This document shows, one piece after another, positions 55,645 to 64,000 of a DNA stretch of 64,000 bases. Under the pieces are notes generated by a model that was not told where the DNA came from, searched no databases, and saw only the letters and a list, made by a program, of their open reading frames with translations. Source of the stretch: the human T2T-CHM13v2.0 reference genome, Homo sapiens; the NCBI RefSeq assembly GCF_009914755.1, contig NC_060935.1. One strand, given 5' to 3'. The first letter of the stretch is position 1. The number at the start of each line of letters is the position of its first letter. The position numbers and the translations under genes were made by a program.

Positions 55645-56181
55645 AAGGCAGAAAGGGGATGTGAAGAGATTATATGGGGTTTGCCTTTTAGATAGGGTGG
55701 CCAGGGAAGGTTTCAGTAAGATGGAGACAATTTAGTAAAGACATAAAGAAAATGAGAAATTGGGCATTCAGGGCTAGGGGGTGAGCAGTTTATACCAAAA
55801 TGAGCTATTTTGTACCTGAATGTGCTGTGAAGGAGCTCTGCTCACATTCTATCATTTCATCTTCTCAATTGCTTTATGAAGTGGGTTATTTTCTTCAATT
55901 TATAAATAAGGAAACCAAGATTAACAGCAGCTTTCTCAAGGGCACACATAACTAGTATGTGTTAGAACTAGGACTTAAACACAGGCCTGTGTGAAAGGGA
56001 GAAAGGAGGTTTGGCAAGGCCATTGTCTTTCTGCCTTCCTCTTCTGGCCTGACACTCCCTAAACTTTAGCCTCCACATGCCCCAAACAAGCAGAGGGATG
56101 CTGAAGATGTGTACCCGGGACAAGTCACATAACCTCTGAGCCTTGGTTTCCACATCAACGAAAGGAGAATGATAATACCTA

Positions 56182-56651
<470 letters not shown>

Positions 56652-58829
56652 TCAGAATGGACACTAAGTGACAGTGTGTAGAATTGCAGTCGTTTGTGTT
56701 TTATTGAAGTGCTTAGCTGGGTAGGCCTCATTTACTGGTTTCCACCCATGCGAGGACACACCAAGAAGATCACATCTAACAAGTGAGACAAATACTCTAC
56801 CTGCTTAAAGAATTAGCCAACAATGTCACCTCACTTCCCAGGGAGGGGAATTCAGTAGCCCAAGATGCTTAAGCCATTCTAAATGCCTGCAAAATTAGGG
56901 AGGATGACAAAATGAGACCTTTGCCAGCTCTAAAATCCTGGGTCTGTAAATCTGAGAGACAGGCTTTGTCTGGCCAACAAGCTCCTGGGGTAGAAACAAG
57001 GTAGGAGTTTGAGACATCTTGTGGGCCAGCCTTCAAAATTATACCCAACCCAACTTTCTTACCAGCCCCGTACTGTTTTCCCAAGCCTGGTCCCGGCAGA
57101 GTCATCCTCACCCTTATCTGTTCTCTTTTGAGCAAGAGCATATTGGAACATCAGACATTTGGATTTATGAGGTAGGACAGGCAGGGCAAAGTTCAGGATT
57201 TCTGGTCCTGAAGCTGATAAAATTGGAGGAAGTAGCTTTTTGAGCAAAAGAATGCAAAATCAAAAATATATAATTAGGTCTAGGGCCTTGGAAGGGGTCC
57301 TGAAGCTTCAGTTTTATTGCCTCTCTGGGGGTAGGAGATTCCTCTCTCAGGGACAGCAGCCAACCATGGTGAGCAAGTTCCTTGGCCAGGCAGGAAGTAT
57401 GTGCAGTTTTGTTTCCAGCCGTACTCATTTAGGTCTCATGATCATTCTTCACAGTGGGAAGAAATTACTCTCGGTTTATATTTTTAAGACTTTTAGATTA
57501 CAGTAGCTTGGTAAGCACCCCAGCCTAGCAGTTCAGTAAAATCTTCGTAAAAGGCGCCTAGGTCTCTGAACCTGAAAGTCCCTTGGGTAAAATGAGGGAG
57601 TTAGGTTGCAAGATCTCTGGAAAGTCCTTTGGACTCTAAAATATCAGAATTCTGGGTCTTCTAGACATTGTCTAGTAGGAGTGACACCCTAGCTGATTCT
57701 AGTCACCCCACAAGAGCACCACTGCCAAAGAGGTGATGTTTTCTCTCCTCTTTTAGGTTTGGAAGAAAGGCCATCTCAAAGCAAACATGATGCCATAGTT
57801 CTCCTCTGGTTTCATGGTGCTATTCTTTCCTCTGCTGCTGTACATTTTCCCACAAGACAAAGGCAATCCAAGAACATTCTTTTTGGAGGACAAACCTTCA
57901 TGTACTCCCCTTCCTTGCTTTGAACTTATTTTCTACACTCAGAACTAGGCTGCAGACAGGGAGCCAGGTAGCCAGGGACAAACTATAAACTGGATCAAGC
58001 CAGACAGTGAATAGATGGAAAGGATATTATCAAGCAGCTAGACCATTCTTGCCTCCTCTTTCATTCAACCCTGTCCCCTGCAATTATGATGCTTCTTCAG
58101 AACCTATCTTCCCCAACCTGAACATATACCTGTCAAGATGGCTTAGGATTATCAGGAGGATCTCAGCTTTTTCTGACACAAAAGATCCAGTGCTTCCTCC
58201 CCATGGAGAGAACAGCTGTGCCATTCGTCCCCCTCCCAGCAGCCACACTGCACCATGGAAACCTGTTCTCCACAGTAATTCTCAAAACATCTCTGGTGAT
58301 GTTTTGACAAGCTTACTACCCTCAAATTGCTAAACCACAGCACATCTTCTCACCAAGGTCGGGAAGGCTGATGACTCAAGTTTGTAAAAGGTGTGTGAGA
58401 CCACAAAGTGCTCAGAATTCAAGCCAAGAATGATATCCCAGAAGGCACAGCATTAGGTTTCTCTTAGTCTCCATTCCCTTTCTGTCCAATGTGGGTACTT
58501 AGTCTTATGAAATGGAAAAACTACAATGATTGCAAATTGCTTTGCAAATGTAAACTTGAAGGGACAAACCCTCATGTTTTCCTCCTAGAGCTGCTGTGTT
58601 TGGTGAGCCCCTGTGAAGTCACATTATTTGCTTTTGCCATTAAGAGAGCCATGGGGAGTTATTCATTAGCTTATGTGAGCTTTTAATTATTGCTCTGAAG
58701 AAATATGTAAATGACTGCAAGATGGGGTCCCAAGGGCTCTGTTATAGAAAAGGTAATCTAATTTTTCTTAGATTAATACAAGAAATATATCTTACAACAG
58801 ATGAATTTTACTCTGCAAAAGGCCTGGAA

Positions 58830-58932
58830 GAAATGACCATATATTTTATCATTCAAACTATGACTCTTGAGAGTGAAAGGGGGCACTATGAATAATTACA
58901 CCAAACAACAGGAACAAGCCAGGACTTTCCTA
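58830..58932 (+). mobile_element. MER94-like fragment
   Basis: tgaccatatattttatc...ttgagagtgaaagggggcactatgaataattac. Confidence 0.6.
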
Positions 58933-61179
58933 AAGAATATTCATTCCTAAAGAAGAGGGAGAAGTTGAGGCTCTCAAATGAGATCTACAGCTATAGGGGC
59001 TTTGGAAAATTCTCCTAAACCACAATTTTAATAAATAGGTCTGCCAAGTTAAAGTTGCAGCTTATTTCTTTCTTGTCTTCAAAAAGTTCTCTCTTTACCC
59101 ACTAGGCTTGTCTGAAACCTGTGCTAACTTGCAATTTGAGTCATCTAGTATTGATTCAGGATTGCAGCAGATGTCTAGAAGTAGGAAGCAACTTTTGGGT
59201 TATTTGGAGAGAGGCCAAGATGGATTCTGTATGGGATGTTCTTGAAATAAATACTCTTCAGTCTATGAGAAATTTCTGGCTATATTTTTTTCCAGAAAAA
59301 AAAAGACTACAATAGGATATTTACGGGTTATCATGAGAAACTGATTGTAAGTGCATTTTTTAACCCACCAGTAGTATGAATCAAGAAAACCAGAGTATGA
59401 CCTAAACCATTTTCAGCAGTGTATTTATCACCAACTAAAATTATGTGCCTTAGCTGTGCCAGACAGGCATGGCTGAATCGGGGTGTATTTTTCTACTAAC
59501 ACATCTAACATGGATGAGTGGAAATAAGCTATGGAATGGCCGAAAGGCAAGCATCTGAGAACATGGAGAAAAATGATTCTGTATGTACTAGAATTTCAAC
59601 TTCCTTATCCTGGGAACCTACAATGAGCTAAGCCCTTTATCTTGGTAAGTTTATTTGATCTTCACGACCACTCTGTAGCAAGTATCTTCACTTTATAATG
59701 AGGGAAATAGGGCTCAAAGAATTTAAATAATTTTTCCAAAGTCACAGATATGGAGTGACAGCATGAGAATCGTAACCAGTAATTCCTAAATCTGTGCTTT
59801 TTCTACTATACCACACTCCTTTAGCATGTGATAAATTCCAGGTCCAGGCTTCTACTGTAGCTTTGTTTCTGCTATGCTACTAAATATTCAGGCTATAAAG
59901 AAAAGAGATTGATTCTATTTCCATTTGATAAAGTCTTAACTATGCAGGGAAACAGCCAATAAAGGAAGAAAAGAAAAATCTATGATTCAAAGATAAAAGG
60001 ATATATCCCATAATCTCTCACCAACTCGGGCAGAAAGTCAACACAAGTAAAAGTGGCATGCTGTGCATTTGTGGGGAGAGGTCTGACCCAGTGCACATAG
60101 AGAGCATATACAAGGAATCTACTTCTGTTGCTCTCAGAGAAGGCGATAGGATAGTACTGAGGCTGTACAGTGAATGAACCCCTATTCCATAATGGGTGAT
60201 GACAGAGAGACTGGTAGGGTCTAGCTCAGAAGGTTAACGCAAGAAAATTACTGACAGACCATCACAGCATAAACGAAGAAATATTTATGTACAAAGCATT
60301 GTAACAGAGTTTTTTGAGGATCAGGGTCAGAAGAAAGGTCTCACGTTTATCTCAAAGAGTGTATAAGATATAAGTCCCTGCCATCAAAAATGCTTCCATT
60401 CTGGTTAAAGCATCAGCATGTATACACATGACCTTCTGCCTTCCACTCTGACCTTCTTAGACTCCTTCACAACTTCCCTTCTTTTCTGCCCATCCACTAA
60501 AGTTTGCTATTCTTCATCCTTGGGACTCTGACTTTCCCTGCTTGAGCTCATCTACTCCTGTGACAATAGAGCAAATGGGGTTAGGAACTCTGGAATCAGG
60601 TGAGCTTACCTGATTTCACATTCAAGTTCTACCACTACCCAGTCATAAGAACTTTGTAAAGTAGTTTAACTTTTGCAAGCTTGTCCCTTCATGTATAAAA
60701 TGAGGATAATAATTTTAACCTCCTATTTTTTTTTTGAGAAGACCAAATAAAATTCTGTGAAGTGCTTAGCATAGTGCTTGGCCCAGGATATGCACTGAAA
60801 AGAACATGTTGTTAAACTATCAAATGTCTGCTGATGATTTCTATATCTGTATTTAAAACACAACCTTACTCCTGCATTCCATAAACTTGTTCCAACTGCC
60901 CGTTGGGCATTTCTACCAGGCTTTCTGGCAGACAGTTTAAATGCAACATGTGCAAAACTGAACTCATTATCTACCCTAACAGACTTGTTCCCTTTCCTGT
61001 ATTCCTGGTTTTTGGTCAGTGGTTCCACCCTCACCAAAGTCTACCAAGCTCAAAAACTCAGTCACTCTTGATTCCTCTCTCTTTGTTACCCATCTCAGAC
61101 AAATTCCTGACAGCATTTCCACTACTTCACAAAATTACTATTATAACAAAAAGGTGAATATTTATGCATTATTATTGTG

Positions 61180-62170
61180 GAGAAAGGACCTTTGAATATT
61201 ATGTGAAAGGCAGAAATAATAAAAGGAAAAAAAAAAAACTAAACGTGTAGACATTAACAATTACCAGAAGCAAGAAAAATGATACTTTCAGAATGAGAAA
61301 AATTTTACAACATTTAAGACAGGCAAAAGGAAATATACCTTATATTAAATTGTTCTAATAATTTTTTAAACACTAAATTAGATAAAGATATAAATAAGCA
61401 ATTGACCACACAAGACAAACAAAAAGCCAATAATGTGAAAAGTGTATTTTTCACTAGGATAGTAATAAAAGTATGAAAATTAAGCAATAATGTAATACCA
61501 TTTTTTACTTTTTAAATTGACAAATATATTTTAGTACTAAAAATATCCAATTTTGATGAGAATGTAAAAAATGGATACTATCATATGATCCTGTGGTGGG
61601 ACTAACATAAGAAAAAGTTGTTAAAGGGAAATGTGGTTATATGTATCAAAAACCTTAAAATGCATGTGCCCTTTGTTAATTCCATTTTTAGGAATTTATG
61701 GTAAGGAAATCACTAAAGATGTATGTGACGATTTAGCTTTAAGAATTCCGATTGCAGTGTTGCTTATAAAAACAAAAATTCACAACTCCCTAAATACACA
61801 TGAGGTTAAATATTGTAATGGTATACGTATGTGCTGGCACATTATACAGCCTTTATAAACAATGTTGAAGAAAATATTGCAGCTGGAAAAATGTTCACAA
61901 TTTTTTTCATAACATTTTTAAATGGGAGGTCAACAAATCACAAAAAGTTAGAGTCCCCAATTTAGCATAAAATACATAATTTCCATTTTACACAAACATG
62001 CACACATTGTCGATGGAAAAAAGGTACAGAAAATTATGTACCCACATATTAGAGTTTATCTCTGGATAGTGAGATTATTGCTTCTTTTTTATATATTTTC
62101 CTGCTTTTCTATATTCATTTCATTTTTATGGAAATGTTATTGATATCAAAAGAAGAAAACAAAGTTAAAG
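61180..62170 (+). mobile_element. Ancient L1M 3' region
   Basis: A-rich, degenerate L1 ORF2 3' and 3'UTR motifs (aattccatttttaggaatttat, attatacagcc). Confidence 0.55.
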
Positions 62171-62800
62171 TCAAATGTGTACTGAATAGGTCTTGGATGA
62201 GGATTTCCAGTGGCTCCTGTTCCAGGTTTCAGCATTCAGTGTGTAGAGACAATGAAGTTTCCTGTCTGGCCACCAAGTGCTGGGTGTTTTAGGTTTCAGT
62301 ATTTTTCTAGCCAACCTTTCTCATTCTGATCACACTAATCTTATCAGCGCTGAGAGGTGTGCCCTCCTAAGGGAACCAACGCACTATTTCATGGGTGGCA
62401 TGATCAGGCTGATACTCCAAAACCAGTTAGACAAGGTACTCACGCTGTCCTGGAGTGTCTCTGCCATAGTAGCCCTGGCTTAGTTCATGAAGACAAGCTC
62501 CATGTGCCTGAAAGGGAATTGACTGTCTCTTCCCAATTTGGATTGAAATTCCCACCAGGGTCACCAATATCCAAACCTTGATATCATCTTCACTTCTTTT
62601 CTGCTTGTGCCCTACTTTTCCATTTCAACACCAACTTGCAAATTCTTCTCTCCGGTGTCTCTTTCATTCATGCTGTCATTTCAGTCCCTCTTAATATCTC
62701 ATCAAGTAGTTGTTCCCTAAGGACATCTTCCTGATTCAGTTTCCCCTGCTTTTTCCTATCTTACCACTCTCAGATCAATCTTCAAAAATAAATTACTACA

Positions 62801-62936
62801 AGCTGGGCATGTTGGCATCTGCCTGTAGTCCCAACTACTGGGAGGCTGAAGTGGGAGGTTCACTTTAGCCCAGGAGTTCAAGTCCAGACTGGGCAACATA
62901 GCAAGACCCTGCCTCTAAAAAGTAAAATAAAATAAA
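62801..62936 (+). mobile_element. FLAM_A (free left Alu monomer)
   Basis: Single monomer gcctgtagtcccaactactgggaggctgaagtgggagg...gggcaacatagcaagaccctgcctct plus A tail; TSD-like aaataaa(g)ttactac on both sides. Confidence 0.8.
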
Positions 62937-64000
62937 GTTACTACTGCAATAGGACACTCACTCCTCTTATCCCAACCTCTGAACTTATGTGTGAGAGGAA
63001 TACATTGTTTGGTTTAACCTTTGGATGAGTTGGGTTTTCTGTTTATGCAGCCAAACCAAACCTTAAATGATAAATCTCCTTGAGTCTGAAAGAAGTCATG
63101 TCTCTGCTTAGCATGCATATATAATAGCAGTTTATATGTATGCCATTTCACCATTCTACCTCTCCCCAACATTCTTTTTGTAGATTTTGTTGCCCTCCTC
63201 TTTGACTCTGCCCATGAAATCAGAAGCATATACCCTACCAGCACAAGGTGCAGCCTGCTCCATGATACTGGCATGCTCAAGAAATGGTCCATACTTGTTT
63301 ATGCCAGGCTGTATTTAATGTCTTGACTACTACAGGCACTCAGTAAGTCTTTTAATGACAATGAAAAATATGAATCATGCAAGACCATGTCTTATGTTAT
63401 TGGCAACAATTTTGAGCCTGAAATGCAGTAAGCTACCTGGCATTTTGTTTTATTTATTTTATTTTATTTTTTTATAAGAGGCTTGAACTTTGCTACTGGC
63501 ATCCATAAAAAGCAATGGGAAGATGAGTGCACAAAGACTGCTAGTGTGGAAGTTATTGGGCTGCATTCCCTTACTGACTCTGCCACTAATTTCAGAGTCA
63601 GCCTGATCCCTTTACTTCATACACCCTTTTAACCTCCTTTGAGTATCTTCTCTAAATTGATAGCACCTTCTCAAAAACAACCAGGTCATATGCATGAAGG
63701 GTCTTAAAGATAGGCATAATTATCCAACAACTAGTAAGTACCCTTTAAACAGTTGTTCCTCTTCTAAAAATCTGTCCCAAATAAATAATCAGGCAGTCTT
63801 TCCAAGATTTATGCACAAGATATTTAATGCAGCATTATTTTTAGTAGCAACCTAAATATTTTTCAATAGAAACTGGCTAAATAGACAATGTCATATCCAT
63901 AAAATTTAATATTTTATAGCCATTAAACATCATGTTTATGAAGAATATTAATGGAATGAATATTCATGCTATTGTATTATTTGGAAAAAAGCTAAATATA

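Larger units (their letters stand above)
55390..55790 (-). mobile_element. L2 (L2a-like) 3' fragment hosting the palindrome
   Basis: TCATTCATT tail at ~55391 and L2-typical ...gagacag..aaataaat...ttttagatagggtggccagggaagg... to the right. Confidence 0.65.

Noticed and set aside
57661-57675. 15-bp palindrome CTAGACA-T-TGTCTAG
   Set aside because: A 7-bp arm is expected by chance in 64 kb.

Overview
Human (or great-ape) genomic DNA containing the 5' two-thirds of RAB38 on the minus strand. It includes the CpG-island promoter (~53.8-54.65 kb), coding exon 1 (54364-54163), a 25.2-kb intron 1, coding exon 2 (28931-28651) and the first ~28.6 kb of intron 2. The last coding exon, carrying the C-terminal prenylation motif, was not found and should lie left of position 1. 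About 1 kb upstream of RAB38 is a 233-bp near-perfect palindrome inside an old L2 element; its core matches my recollection of MIR3166, and its structure suggests it arose by a replication template switch. The rest is interspersed repeats: 9 Alus plus a FLAM, a near full-length old L1, a 5'-inverted L1PA, an internal tail-less L1 fragment with its own target-site duplication (TSD), a tail-less 5S rRNA retrocopy, L2, L3/CR1, MIR, MLT1 and hAT MERs. Almost all ORFs in the supplied track other than the two RAB38 exons are repeat-derived or chance. There is no prokaryote-type system (CRISPR, operon, defence island). Repeat subfamily names and boundaries are by eye and approximate.
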